This document shows positions 13,365-27,724 of a DNA stretch of 64,000 nucleotides, piece by piece (positions within the stretch are counted from its first letter, which is position 1; every line of letters starts with the position of its first letter). Below the pieces are notes generated by a model. The model was not told the origin of the DNA. It did not search any database and was given only the letters and a program-made list of their open reading frames with translations. The stretch lies in assembly GCA_032718475.1 (NCBI GenBank), contig JAUCBJ010007607.1:62001-126000 (forward strand), given 5' to 3'. The stretch comes from Nemertoderma westbladi. Lineage: Eukaryota > Animalia > Xenacoelomorpha. A program made the position numbers and the translations under genes.

Positions 13365-16300
13365 GCGTATAGCATATAGCATAGCATGTACTATAGCATA
13401 TAGCATAACATGGCATATAGCATAAAATATAACATATAGCATATGACATATAGCATATAGCATAGCATATAGCAAAGCATATAGCATAGCATGTACTATA
13501 GCATATAGCATAACATGGCATATAGCATAAAATATAACATATAGCATATGACATATAGCATATAGCATAGCATATAGCAAAGCATATAGCATAGCATATA
13601 GCATAGCATATAGCATAGCATATAGCATAGCATATAGCATAGCATATAACATAGCATATAGCATAGCAAATAGCATAGCATAGCATATAGCATAGCATAT
13701 AGCATAGCATATAGCATAGCATATAGCATAGCATATAGCATAGCATATAGCATAGCATATAGCATAGCATACAGCATAGCATATATCATAGCATATAGCA
13801 TAGCATATAGCATAGCATATAGCATAGCATATAGCATAGCATATAGCATAGCATATAGCATAGCATATAGCATAGCATATAGCATAGCATATAGCATATA
13901 GCATATAGCATAGCATATAGCATAGCATATAGCATAGCATATAGCATAGCATATAGCATAGCATATAGCATAGCATATAGCATAGCATATAGCATAGCAT
14001 ATAGCATAGCATATAGCATAGCATATAGCATAGCATATAGCATAGCATATAGCATAGCATATAGCATAGCATATAGCATAGCATATAGCATATCATATAG
14101 CATAGCATATAGCATAGCATATAGCATAGCATATAGCATAGCATATAGCATAGCATATAGCATAGCATATAGCATAGCATATAGCATAGCATATAGCATA
14201 GCATATAGCATAGCATATAGCATAGCATATAGCATAGCATATAGCATAGCATATAGCATAGCATATAGCATAGCATATAGCATAGCATATAGCATAGCAT
14301 ATAGCATAGCATATAGCATAGCATATAGCATAGCATATAGCATAGCATATAGCATAGCATATAGCATAGCATATAGCATAGCATATAGCATAGCATATAG
14401 CATAGCATATAGCATAGCATATAGCATAGCATATAGCATAGCATATAGCATAGCATATAGCATAGCATATAGCATAGCATATAGCATAGCATATAGCATA
14501 GCATATAGCATAGCATATAGCATAGCATATAGCATAGCATATAGCATAGCATATAGCATAGCATATAGCATAGCATATAGCATAGCATATAGCATAGCAT
14601 ATAGCATAGCATATAGCATAGCATATAGCATAGCATATAGCATAGCATATAGCATAGCATATAGCATAGCATATAGCATAGCATATAGCATAGCATATAG
14701 CATAGCATATAGCATAGCATATAGCATAGCATATAGCATAGCATATAGCATAGCATATAGCATAGCATATAGCATAGCATATAGCATAGCATATAGCATA
14801 GCATATAGCATAGCATATAGCATAGCATATAGCATAGCATATAGCATAGCATATAGCATAGCATATAGCATAGCATATAGCATAGCATATAGCATAGCAT
14901 ATAGCATAGCATATAGCATAGCATATAGCATAGCATATAGCATAGCATATAGCATAGCATATAGCATAGCATATAGCATAGCATATAGCATAGCATATAG
15001 CATAGCATATAGCATAGCATATAGCATAGCATATAGCATAGCATATAGCATAGCATATAGCATAGCATATAGCATAGCATATAGCATAGCATATAGCATA
15101 GCATATAGCATAGCATATAGCATAGCATAGCATATAGCATAGCATATAGCATAGCATATAGCATAGCATATAGCATAGCATATAGCATAGCATATAGCAT
15201 AGCATATAGCATAGCATATAGCATAGCATATAGCATAGCATATAGCATAGCATATAGCATAGCATATAGCATAGCATATAGCATAGCATATAGCATAGCA
15301 TATAGCATAGCATATAGCATAGCATATAGCATAGCATATAGCATAGCATATAGCATAGCATATAGCATAGCATATAGCATAGCATATAGCATAGCATATA
15401 GCATAGCATATAGCATAGCATATAGCATAGCATATAGCATAGCATATAGCATAGCATATAGCATAGCATATAGCATAGCATATAGCATAGCATATAGCAT
15501 AGCATATAGCATAGCATATAGCATAGCATATAGCATAGCATATAGCATAGCATATAGCATAGCATATAGCATAGCATATAGCATAGCATATAGCATAGCA
15601 TAGCATATAGCATAGCATAGCATATAGCATAGCATAGCATATAGCATAGCATAGCATATAGCATAGCATATAGCATAGCATATAGCATAGCATATAGCAT
15701 AGCATATAGCATAGCATATAGCATAGCATATAGCATAGCATATAGCATAGCATATAGCATAGCATATAGCATAGCATATAGCATAGCATATAGCATAGCA
15801 TATAGCATAGCATATAGCATAGCATATAGCATAGCATATAGCATAGCATATAGCATAGCATATAGCATAGCATATAGCATAGCATATAGCATAGCATATA
15901 GCATAGCATATAGCATAGCATATAGCATAGCATATAGCATAGCATATAGCATAGCATATAGCATAGCATATAGCATAGCATATAGCATAGCATATAGCAT
16001 AGCATATAGCATAGCATATAGCATAGCATATAGCATAGCATATAGCATAGCATATAGCATAGCATATAGCATAGCATATAGCATAGCATATAGCATAGCA
16101 TATAGCATAGCATATAGCATAGCATAGCATATAGCATAGCATATAGCATAGCATATAGCATAGCATATAGCATAGCATATAGCATAGCATATAGCATAGC
16201 ATATAGCATAGCATATAGCATAGCATATAGCATAGCATATAGCATAGCATATAGCATAGCATATAGCATAGCATATAGCATAGCATATAGCATAGCATAT

Positions 16301-18335
16301 AGCATAGCATATAGCATAGCATATAGCATAGCATATAGCATAGCATATAGCATAGCATATAGCATAGCATATAGCATAGCATATAGCATAGCATATAGCA
16401 TAGCATATAGCATAGCATATAGCATAGCATATAGCATAGCATATAGCATAGCATATAGCATAGCATATAGCATAGCATATAGCATAGCATATAGCATAGC
16501 ATATAGCATAGCATATAGCATAGCATATAGCATAGCATATAGCATAGCATATAGCATAGCATATAGCATAGCATATAGCATAGCATATAGCATAGCATAT
16601 AGCATAGCATATAGCATAGCATATAGCATAGCATATAGCATAGCATATAGCATAGCACAGCACATAGCATAGCATATAGCATAGCATATAGCATAGCATA
16701 TAGCATAGCATATAGCATAGCATATAGCATAGCATATAGCATAGCATATAGCATAGCATATAGCATAGCATATAGCATAGCATATAGCATAGCATATAGC
16801 ATAGCATATAGCATAGCATATAGCATAGCATATAGCATAGCATATAGCATAGCATATAGCATAGCATATAGCATAGCATATAGCATAGCATATAGCATAG
16901 CATATAGCATAGCATATAGCATAGCATATAGCATAGCATATAGCATAGCATATAGCATAGCATATAGCATAGCATATAGCATAGCATATAGCATAGCATA
17001 TAGCATAGCATATAGCATAGCATATAGCATAGCATATAGCATAGCATATAGCATAGCATATAGCATAGCATATAGCATAGCATATAGCATAGCATATAGC
17101 ATAGCATATAGCATAGCATATAGCATAGCATATAGCATAGCATATAGCATAGCATATAGCATAGCATATAGCATAGCATATAGCATAGCATATAGCATAG
17201 CATATAGCATAGCATATAGCATAGCATATAGCATAGCATATAGCATAGCATATAGCATAGCATATAGCATAGCATATAGCATAGCATATAGCATAGCATA
17301 TAGCATAGCATATAGCATAGCATATAGCATAGCATATAGCATAGCATATAGCATAGCATATAGCATAGCATATAGCATAGCATATAGCATAGCATATAGC
17401 ATAGCATATAGCATAGCATATAGCATAGCATATAGCATAGCATATAGCATAGCATATAGCATAGCATATAGCATAGCATATAGCATAGCATATAGCATAG
17501 CATATAGCATAGCATATAGCATAGCATATAGCATAGCATATAGCATAGCATATAGCATAGCATATAGCATAGCATATAGCATAGCATATAGCATAGCATA
17601 TAGCATAGCATATAGCATAGCATAGCATATAGCATAGCATATAGCATAGCATATAGCATAGCATATAGCATAGCATATAGCATAGCATATAGCCTAGCAT
17701 ATAGCATAGCATATAGCATAGCATATAGCATATAGCATATAGCATGGCATAGCATATAGCATAGCATATAGCATAGCATATAGCATAGCATATAGCATAG
17801 CATATAGCATAGCATATAGCATAGCATATAGCATAGCATATAGCATAGCATATAGCATAGCATATAGCATAGCATATAGCATAGCATATAGCATAGCATA
17901 TAGCATAGCATGTAGCATAGTATATAGCATAGCATATAGCAGAGCATATAGCATGGCATATAGCATAGCATATAGCATAGCATGTACTATAGCATATAGC
18001 ATAGCACAGCACATAGCATAGCATATAGCATAGCATATCATATAGCATAGCATATAGCATAGCATATAGCATATAGCATAGCATAGCATATCATAGCATA
18101 GCATAGCATAGCATAGCATATAGCATATAATATATAGCATAGCATATAGCATAACATATAGCATATAGCATATGAGCATATAACATATAGCATAACATAT
18201 AGCATATAGCATATAGCATATATCATATAGCATATAGCATATAGCATATAGCATATAGCATATAGCATATAGCATATATCATATAGCATATAGCATATAG
18301 CATATAGCATAGAGCATAGCATATATCATATATAA
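13365..18335. repeat. ~5-kb (ATAGCATATAGC)n 12-mer satellite
   Basis: Near-perfect core with degenerate edges; the distal edge shifts to ATATAGC 7-mers. Confidence 0.98.
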
Positions 18336-19739
18336 CATATAGGATATGTAATATTTTAAATCGCGATTTAGACCACGAAGGATTTACTTTATTGAAAAAG
18401 TTTAAAAGTCAAAAATGTTTATAATCATCGATAATAGGGGGGTAGACAAAATATCGAAATCTAAAATTGGCGGGAAATTTGAAATGGTTTTTTTGCATGT
18501 AATTTCGGCCATTATAATTCCCGAACTATAAATCTAAATAAAAAACCGATCTCAGATTCTGAATCAGCACACTCTACTTACCTAATAACAATGTTTTCAG
18601 AAAATTCTCATAAGGTTTGGTGTTCATCAAGAATTATGAAACATTCTAATGCATAAAAATGACATTCTTATAAATATAATTTCAAATAATGTTATTCTTG
18701 GTCGCAGTAAGTAGTTCTTGGTATGCATAGAAAGATAAAATGACGCTGATTCTAATGAACTTAAAATCAGCCAATTTCGTCAAGGAGAACCGAAGATATA
18801 AGACCTTGAAACTTTTCATTATTCTACTGCAGTACCTTCATAAATATATTAGCTGACGTAGGGCTTACGTTTATCATATTCATTCCAGCATTAGGTTTGT
18901 TTTGGTAAATTATTTTGGTGCGTTATAATAAATTTGGCTATGGAAATCGTATTAAACTTGATATTGATATTGATTTATTGAGATCATAATATTAATACTG
19001 TAATACAACAATCAAATGGGTTATAACGGTAAAAAATATAGCTAAAAATATATTGATACTATAAATAAAATACTGTAGTTGTAGTTATGTTATGGTAGAA
19101 AACGGCAAATATGTCTCGTAGGATAGACCCATGAGGCATAGCCTCATCTCCCTGGGGGTCCTCTAAAAAATAATGGGATAAGTACGAAATGTGCAAATGG
19201 ATCTACTGCAAGTTCGATAGTAGATTGCAACAAGTCTAGGGTTAATTTCATACACCATCAACTAAAAATAATCATTAAAAATAAATATTTGGAATTGAAT
19301 GCAATGTCACAATTAATTGTAGCCAATGATTGGGTAATTACTTACAAGTAAAAGGTTGGCAAAATTAAAAATAAGGATAAGTAAAATAAAAGTGGGTTAA
19401 TTAAGTGGAAATTCCGATGGTGACGGATATTCACAAGGTGCTAGTCAAAAAGTGCTAGTAAAATTAAACAAATTTAAGTTTAGGTACAACATCGTTTTTT
19501 CCAGTGCAGAGTAGTTTTAAAATATTAAAAATAATGAATTTCCATGTATATTTCCGGGCAGATGATATAAAAAGGTTAAGTAGCAGGCATTATTTAAAAA
19601 AAAAAAGCCGTATTACTAACATTATTTAAAACAAAGATCACTAAAATTATTTTAAAAAAAGATTACAAAACACTGGTACAATATTAGTTATTAAAAAATT
19701 ATAAAAGCATAGATTATGAACATAGTACGTAGGTCATGC

Positions 19740-20205
19740 TACTACTACTACTAGGTCGAGCGAACTCGGGCAGTGGAAATGAGATCCTTCCAGGCTTCCC
19801 GATTCTCCATAGTTGTCGCAATTTCGTTTCTCCCAAGTTCAGTATCCCTTTCAAGTTGATCTATATATGTTATGGCCGGTCGTCCACGACTACACTTTCC
19901 ATGAGTTGGTTGCCAGAGAAGTAGATCTGGTATGACCTCGTCTTTACTTCGCCAGCAGTGCCCACTAAATCTTAATCTGCGTTCACGGAGGGTTGTTGAT
20001 ACAGGTGGTATTGTACCATAAAGCTCGGCGTTTGTCGTGTGTTGTCTCCAGCTGATGTTTAGGGCTGCCCTTTGTAGTCTTGTGTACCAACCATCAATTC
20101 GGTGTTCAAGTGATTTAGTCAGTGTCCAGGTCTCACCCCCGTATAAAAATACACTTTCCACTGTGGCTCGAAAGAACTTAGTCTTCAGGTGCCTGGAGAG
20201 ATCTG
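19740..20205 (-). mobile_element. 5'-truncated RTE-clade LINE (family A) inserted in the CR1 3' UTR
   Basis: [19 protein letters not shown]...RRLRFSGHCWR; (TAG)n tail; long target-site duplication at 19701-19739 / 20206-20237. Confidence 0.88.
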
Positions 20206-20435
20206 ATAAAAGCATAGACATAGTACGTAGGTCATGCAAGTGATGTTAAATAAGAATATCAAATAAAATACAGGAGTTTAATATTAGTAAAATAATTTAA
20301 CATACAGTACAGTACTGTAAATAAGGTACGTCAAATAATTTAGAATTACAATAGAAATTCCAATATAAGTTGACATTAAAATATCCTTTACTTTATCACG
20401 TCATATACAGTATACACGACAACAAAATATTAAAA

Positions 20436-23355
20436 TTAACTGATATCAATGTGGTTCATAAAGTAATTTTTTACTTGATGCTTAAAACTTTCGATATTTG
20501 GTGCACTTTTAACACTGACTGGTAGATCGTTCCAGAGTTTTGCACCTAGATACGAAAACGACTTTTGTCCAAAGACTGTATTACGATAGGAAATTTCTGC
20601 TTTCCTTTCCGAATTCCTCAAGGCTCTCCTATCCAATCTACCTTCTTCAAAAGTGACCATTTCTGATATATAATCTGGGGCGGAGTTACTGTGAGTTTTA
20701 TACATAAGTGTCAGTATTATTGTTGATTTACTCTATCCGGGATTGGAAGCCAGTTAATTTGTCGGTAGTGTGAGACTTCAATATGGGATCGTGAATCGAG
20801 TGATAGGCGCACCATCTTACATTGCAAACATTCTAGTCTTCCTTTCCAATGTTTAGATGCGGTGGGAAACCAAGTGATACTGCAATAGTCGAGTAAAGGT
20901 TGAATCAGCGCGTTGCACAACAGTCGCTTTAGAGTGTAGTCTAGGAGAGAATTGACTCTGTAGAGGAACTTCAACCGTGAGTTTGCTTTCTTCACTATTT
21001 TCGTTATCATGGCTTCGCCATTAAGACTCTCATTGAACCAACAGCCAAGATATTTTATTTCTTCCTCATTTGGTATTGGAATCCCATTACAAGAAACTGT
21101 CAACCGATCACCAGTACAATTAGATAGCCTTTGCCAGGTTCCAAATAATATGGCCTTTGTTTTGCCAAAGTGCATGGTCATCCTGTTCTGGATGAACCAT
21201 TCATTAAGGCTCTCTAGATTGCGCTTTAATATCTGTGATATTGTTGAGATATTATCTCCTAAAGCAGCCTCATTTGTATCGTCTGCAAACTTGGGTGAAA
21301 TGCAATTATCATCGATACTCTGGTCAGAATCATTAGTTGTGCACTGGAATAGTAGCACTCCCAGCACAGACCCCTGTGGCACCCCATCATCATTTTTAAA
21401 CGTTCAGATGAACAGACTCCATCTATAGCAACTACCTGACGTCTGTCAGACAGATATGAACTGAACCATTTCACTGTCTTCTCGCAAAACCCCATGTATT
21501 TTAGCTTCATTAATATAAAATTATGATCGATCGAGTCAAATGCTTTCCTTAAATCAATGGTTACCATACCTGTTAGCTGTCCTTTGTCAGCTGCTGTTCT
21601 GATAAAATTGTCCAGAAAGGTGAGGCATGTTTCGGTGGAGTAGCCCTCACGGAATCCCGATTGAAGTTTACACAGTATTTTGCTATCAACCATGTATTTA
21701 TAGGATTGATCATACATAAGTCGTTCTAGAGTTTTTGACAATATTGGTAACAGTGCTACAGGTCTATAGTTTTCCCGTCGTAAAACTGGTCCCTCTTTAA
21801 ACACTGGTGTCGTTTTTGACAGTTTTAGACATGTTGGATATGTGGAACTATCAATAGATAGGTTGACAATATGAGCTATTGGAGAGGACAGCAATGCAGC
21901 ACCATCTTTGAACAACTTAGTTGGTAGACCATCAATACCAGGCGATTTTGTTGTATCAAGTTTGGATAAAATATCATACACATCGGATTCCGATACAGTA
22001 GACAGTGTAAACGAGTCTAACTTGACACCCTTTATCCTGTAATATTCCTCTACAGCAGATTCTCCATATCGACCACTTGGGGGTGGTAATTGATCTGCCA
22101 TTTTCTTTGCCACTGTCGTGTAATATTCGTTGAACTCTTCTGCTATCTGCTGTTTATCAGTAATAACTATTTCCTTTACTATACCATTCTCTTCAATGAT
22201 CTTGCTTATTGCGTTTAGTTTGTTTGAGTTGCTTTTCCGAGATGGTGCACCAATGGATTTTAATGTTTTCCATAATTGTTTTGGATTTGCGCGGTAATTC
22301 TCTATTGTTGTTTTGATGTATGTATACTTTGATACTCGTATTGCCTGCATGGTTATATTCCTGAGTCTTTTATATTCCAACTCGTTCTCAATTGATTTAT
22401 GCAAGTTAAACTTTGCCACGGCCTTATCACGTGCTATAGTAAGCTCACAGAGTTCTCTTGAAAACCACGGGGATGATGTTGCTTTCACTTTCCTCTCACG
22501 AGATGGAGCTAATGTATTCAAAATCTCAGTTAAGTGTGTGGTTAGGAGTACTGCCGCAGTATTTACTGTTGTCTCATCCAATATCGCTCTAACAACCTGA
22601 TTGTTACATATCATGTCGTTGACATTATCTTGTGAGTAATTTCTATAGGTGCGAACATTAATTAGTTTTTCTTCCTTCTGTACTTTTACTTTTTTCCTCG
22701 TTATAAATATTGCATACAGATCACTCATTCCAGTTTTTATAACACCATGATTTGATATCTTATTGCAGTTCTTTGCAACATAAATATGATCCAGTAGTGT
22801 GGCAGTTGTTGCAGTAACTCTTGTTGGAGATGTGATTACCTGGTCTGTGCCTGTAGAGAGACAGAATGCGGACACTGTTTTCCTTTCAGCGATTAAGTCT
22901 GGATTTGCAGTTGGCCCATACATGTTTACATTTATGTCCCCCAAAATATAGTATTCCTTTATATTTGCAATGTTTTCAAACTCCAGTTCGATGCACTTAA
23001 AAAATTCTGCAGCTGTCATAGTTTGTGGCCTATATACCACACCAAGTAAAATTGGAGATGTTTGTGGCAAAAACAAAAATCCAAATAGAGATTCTATACA
23101 CAGCAAATTTTCATTTTGCTGAAATTGTTTAGGTATATTAAAAACTAATGTGTTTTTTACATATAGCGCCACACCTCCACCATTGCGATTTCTATCATTC
23201 CAGAATAGATTATAGTTTGATATTGATATTTCTTCATTAGTAATTGTGGGATCTAGCCAAGTCTCAGTGAATGCTAGCATATCAATCCGGTGCTTTACTG
23301 TTAATTCTCTAAGTTCAAGAAGTTTGGGCAATAAACTCTGTGTGTTCAAGTGCAT
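20436..23355 (-). pseudogene. LINE ORF2 (apurinic endonuclease + reverse transcriptase), frameshifted
   Basis: HLNTQSLLPK, TETWL, GGGVALY, GDIN, TLLDHIY (APE); NYRPVALLP, QSGFR, DLRKAFDSIDH, PQGSVLG, FADDT, KYLG (RT), split over three frames. Confidence 0.9.
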
Positions 23356-24098
23356 TATGTGTATACCTTTAGATTTAAATATACCATAAATTGTATCAGT
23401 GTTCTCACTTTGAGCATCATAACTGGTTTTGTTGCTGATGGGAGATTCTCCTAGTCAGTCCACCTGCTCAATGGCATCCATATTTATCATTCCAGTTCTG
23501 TTTGGAGACTGGTTCACTCGTGTTTGTGTCGGAGTTGCAACCACTACTCGGTCAGTACTTCAAACGGCTTAAAAACCTTCTAAACGTGCACGAAATCGCG
23601 TTTTTATGGCACTGCCGTTATCCCGATTTTCAGCAAAACAACCTACAAAAAACCAACTAAACAGAATCACAACCTCTTTCAGAATCTTCAAACAGAATTC
23701 ATTTTCATGCAGATCTTCTCTCACAGGGTTTAGCTGTGTGTCGGCAGTCAACCCACACCTGACAGGGGTCCCGGTGTACTGCTGTAGGCCGGCCTACTAC
23801 AGAAGTATTTTTAATTAGAATCAGTAACAAACTTCTGCATTGTCAGTACAGTATTACTGCTGTACTGCAGTACTGTATTAGTGTAGGTACACAACTGCAA
23901 ACTGCATTATTATAACAAACGATGTTTCTCGAGGAAGGGAAACTCCTGTGCGAATATGTAGCGAGCGGAGGTTCGGTGAGACGAGACGACGGATGCGATG
24001 CGTAACGGACCTAGCGCCGCGCCGCGGCCAGGGTCGATGGAGTAGAGACCAATACAGGCACCCTGGCGGTACCGGTACCTGAGGAGATGTAGTCGGAA

Positions 24099-25579
24099 TT
24101 GATGCTGTACTCGGAGGGAGTTCACAACGGGAGCTCATTGCTGTTTAACTTCTTCACCAACTTCCCGAGTTCCGATATAGGCTACTCGTCAACTCACCCG
24201 ATCTCTGGGCCGGCCGGACGGCTCTGCTCATCGTGCGCGTGCACCCACCAGGCCTGGCGCTACCGTCCATCTACCTACACCAGTGTTTGGAGGTCGATTA
24301 CACGGCAACGAGGTTGCGGAACGGGAGGAACTGGTCTTTGGACGACGATACGAGGAGACACGCCGGACGAGAGATGTGCTGGACAGCCCGGACAGACTGA
24401 AATGGAACTTAAGTACTGGTAAGTAATAATAATTGTTATTTTTATTAAAATTATTCTGTTGAATATTATCTGAATCTCGGTTAGTGTCGGTTAGTATTGC
24501 GGTGAGAGGAGACTCTTTATTTGTAGGCCTAGTCGATCTGGCTTCTTGGTTGTACTTGTGTTGTAACTAACTTGTGTGTGTACTAATAACTTTTTTTTTA
24601 CATTAAATCGTAACTTAATCACCTAATCTTTATTTAATTCAATAATGTGATGGGCCTGTCATGTAAATAGTTTACAACTTATTAATCTGGTACAAAGAAT
24701 ATATTTTCTTTAATTACAGTGTCTCCCAAATGTCGCCAGTCTGACAGCCAATCCAGTGGTGGAGACGGAGATATTTACTCGCCCGAGCCGAGGGAACACC
24801 CGGGGTATCCACTCCAAAAGGGCACTGCCATCGAATCGGCTTCCTTTCATAAAGAAACTACGGGGCACCGGGGAGGAAACCCAGTCGAGTTTCGAGTCAG
24901 CGACGACGGATGATTCATCGAATTGGCGGTATCCGGAGTCGGACGCAGAGAGATCCGACACAAACTCCTTGAAACTCAAACAAATGAAGAACGACTCCGG
25001 GTACAAATCAATCAGCTTTGAGAGACAATGGGGTCGCAAGAGTCTGGAAGAGTATCCCGCGAGTCAAACGTCGGAGCGTATGCTGCTCCGGGCCGCTTCT
25101 ACGGTAACTCACGCCGATGAATCGTCCTCGGGACGATGGCGGAATGACCCACGTTCCGCGTCGCGATGACATCGTGACTTCACTTCCGGAGGTCCCGCCC
25201 CTTCACTCCGGACTCGTTGGATGAGCCGCCTAGTTGGGAGGAGTACCACCTGAGTCATCAACGGATGCTCGGGAAACCCAAAGGGATGCTACGCAAACTG
25301 TTCCTATGGCAACGGAATGCCCATAGCAACCCGACATATTCGGAGCGGGATTATAGTATTGACTCAGTTTCCGATAAAATATTCAAATCCTATTTGTCTG
25401 CGGATAGCGGTTTATGTAGGAGGATTCATCAGTCCCCCACCAGGAGGCGCTATTATGAAGCCCGACAAGAAGAGTCTATAGAGGAGGTTGGTAGTGAGTC
25501 AGATGTGAGAGTGGCCTTCGATACGCAGGAATCCATAGAAGATGATTTTGAGAGAATGCAACAGCCGCTACAGCAGTAG
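24099..25579 (+). pseudogene. CBARP-like (Ca-channel beta-subunit-associated regulatory protein) relic, two exons, frameshifted
   Basis: GC-rich coding-like blocks separated by a GTAAGT(24419)..TACAG(24719) intron. Motifs LKQMKNDSGYKSI and RDYSIDSVSDKIFKSYL resemble the recalled CBARP motifs QMDSGYASIE and RDYSIDEKTDALFHEFL. Reading frame breaks several times. Confidence 0.5.
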
Positions 25580-25888
25580 TGCTGCCATACCCAACTACTG
25601 CAGCTCAACTGATTTTTGGCAAAGATTTTTGAGATAAAATTGGGGATATTCTAGAATATAAATTCCAGAATATCTCGGAATATGTTCTAGAACATCTTGG
25701 CGCAACTATTGCACTGCAATATGTTAAATAGTGTGCAATTCCTTTCTATGAAAACCCAGAATAAATTAATCTATTATATTAATTAACATTTATTCATATA
25801 AAGTGCAAATGTTCTATGATATAAAATAATTTATTATTTGTAAAAAAAATATATATATTTTATTTAATGTGATTTTGGAATTTTAATG

Positions 25889-27722
25889 TACTACTACTAC
25901 TACTACTACTATGATCGGCATGCTGCATTGCAGCTGCATTTTTAAGAATGCTGTGCCGGCTTGTCAACAAAATTGCACCGCCACAACTCCCTAACACCCA
26001 TGACATTTGCTAGATCATCCGCATCTTTAAGGCCAGTGTCCTTTAAGATGTGTCTCAAGAAAGTCATGGGCTGTCCACCATGCTTATTCACTCCATGAGG
26101 CTGCCAAAGTACAAGATTATGCACTGGCTGGTCCTCACGGCGAAAGCAATGTCCTGCAAAGCGGAGGCGATTTTGTTCTAGTGTCAAGCTTGGGGGAACC
26201 AATGAGACACCTCCAATGTTATATAGTGTCTGGTTGGAGATGTGTGCATTGTACTTGACACAATGAACCCGGCGTAGCATTCTTGTGAATGTGCCATCCA
26301 GAGATTTGGTGTCCTCAGCAGTTAGAGCCCAGCATGGACTCCTGTAGAGGAGTACTGGAACTACTGCTGCTCTAAATAATCGGACCTTAAGTTTCCGATT
26401 AATTCTCGGTGACTTCCAAATCCTGGAAAGCCTATTCAAGGCTGCCCATGCCTTTCCCTTACGTATTCGAAGGTCCTCACCTGACTTCCGGATCCATGAT
26501 CCCAGGTAACAGAAGTCGTCCACATGCTCAAGCATACCATCCTTTGAGCTTATGCTCATCCGATCAGAGACTTGCTGAGGACTTTCAAAGTTAACTGTCA
26601 GAATTGTGGTCTTTCTGGAGTTAATAAACCAACACTAGAAGCAGCATGTTCTAATGAGCTGAGGAGCCGTTGGGCTCCCTCTAATGATTCTGATAGTACT
26701 CCTAAGTCATCAGCAAAGTCTAGATCAGTTAGGTACTTGGCAGGATTTCCTCGACTTCTGGAGCCAGTAGGTGGAGTTATCATCACCCCATCATCATTAT
26801 AATGATCTAAGGACATGCGTAGAACATAGTCAACCACAATAATGAACAAGAATGGTGCAAGTGTGTCTCCTTGGAGGACGCCCCATAACACTTCAAATGG
26901 TTCTGTGTCACCGTCAACAGTAGACACAAATGTTGTCGAACCATCGTATACTGATCTAATTGCTGCAATAATTTCATCAGGAATCCCATAATGAAAGTAT
27001 GCTGAACATACGTGAGCGAGAGACTGAATCAAAGGCCTTGAAGAAGTCAACAAAGATAACAGCCAGATGCCTGTCTTTCTTTTTTGAGTCAACCACAATA
27101 ATGAACAAGAATGGTGCAAGTGTGTCTCCTTGGAGGACGCCCCATAACACTTCAAATGGTTCTGTGTCACCGTCAACAGTAGACACAAATGTTGTCGAAC
27201 CATCGTATACTGATCTAATTGCTGCAATAATTTCATCAGGAATCCCATATAATGAAAGTATGCTGAACATACGTGAGCGAGAGACTGAATCAAAGGCCTT
27301 GAAGAAGTCAACAAAGATAACAGCCAGATGCCTGTCTTTCTTTTTTGATAACTCTTCAATTATCCTTCTAAGTGCCAAAATGGGCTCCATGGTCCCACGA
27401 CCTTTACGGAACCCATTCTGATTTCCACGGAGCAGTCTCTCAATGGGATCCCTGATGCGATTTAATAGAATCCTATTGTATAGCTTTGCAGCAATCGAGA
27501 TCAATGAGATTCCCCAAAAAGAACCATAGAGTGTTAGGTTGCCCTTCTTGGGAACTGGCACCAACTTATTTGTTTTCATTTCTTGTGGGACTCTTGTTGT
27601 TCGGTACATGTCTACTATGATGGGATAGATGAGCTTTAAACACTCAGGTATTTTAAAGACCTCAGGGGGAACACCATCTACTCCACTGGCACGATTGGTC
27701 TTAATGCTCTTTGCAGCAGCTT
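25889..27722 (-). mobile_element. RTE-clade LINE (family B), truncated, with ~259-bp internal tandem duplication
   Basis: RT motifs [45 protein letters not shown]; (TAG)n tail; block at ~26828-27086 repeated at ~27087-27347. Confidence 0.9.
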
Positions 27723-27724
27723 TC

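Larger units (their letters stand above)
18958..23820 (-). mobile_element. CR1-group (Crack/Daphne-like) LINE, near full length, degenerate
   Basis: APE+RT ORF2; long 3' UTR with a GGACCCCCAGGGAGATGAGG...GGGTCTATCC block and an AATAAATCAATATCAATATCAA tail at ~18960. The 5' boundary is approximate. Confidence 0.75.

Noticed and set aside
13315-18322. ORFs of 1296-1432 aa (MLYA/MLCY/CYAI repeats)
   Set aside because: Translations of a 12-mer satellite that lacks stops on the minus strand; open in all three frames
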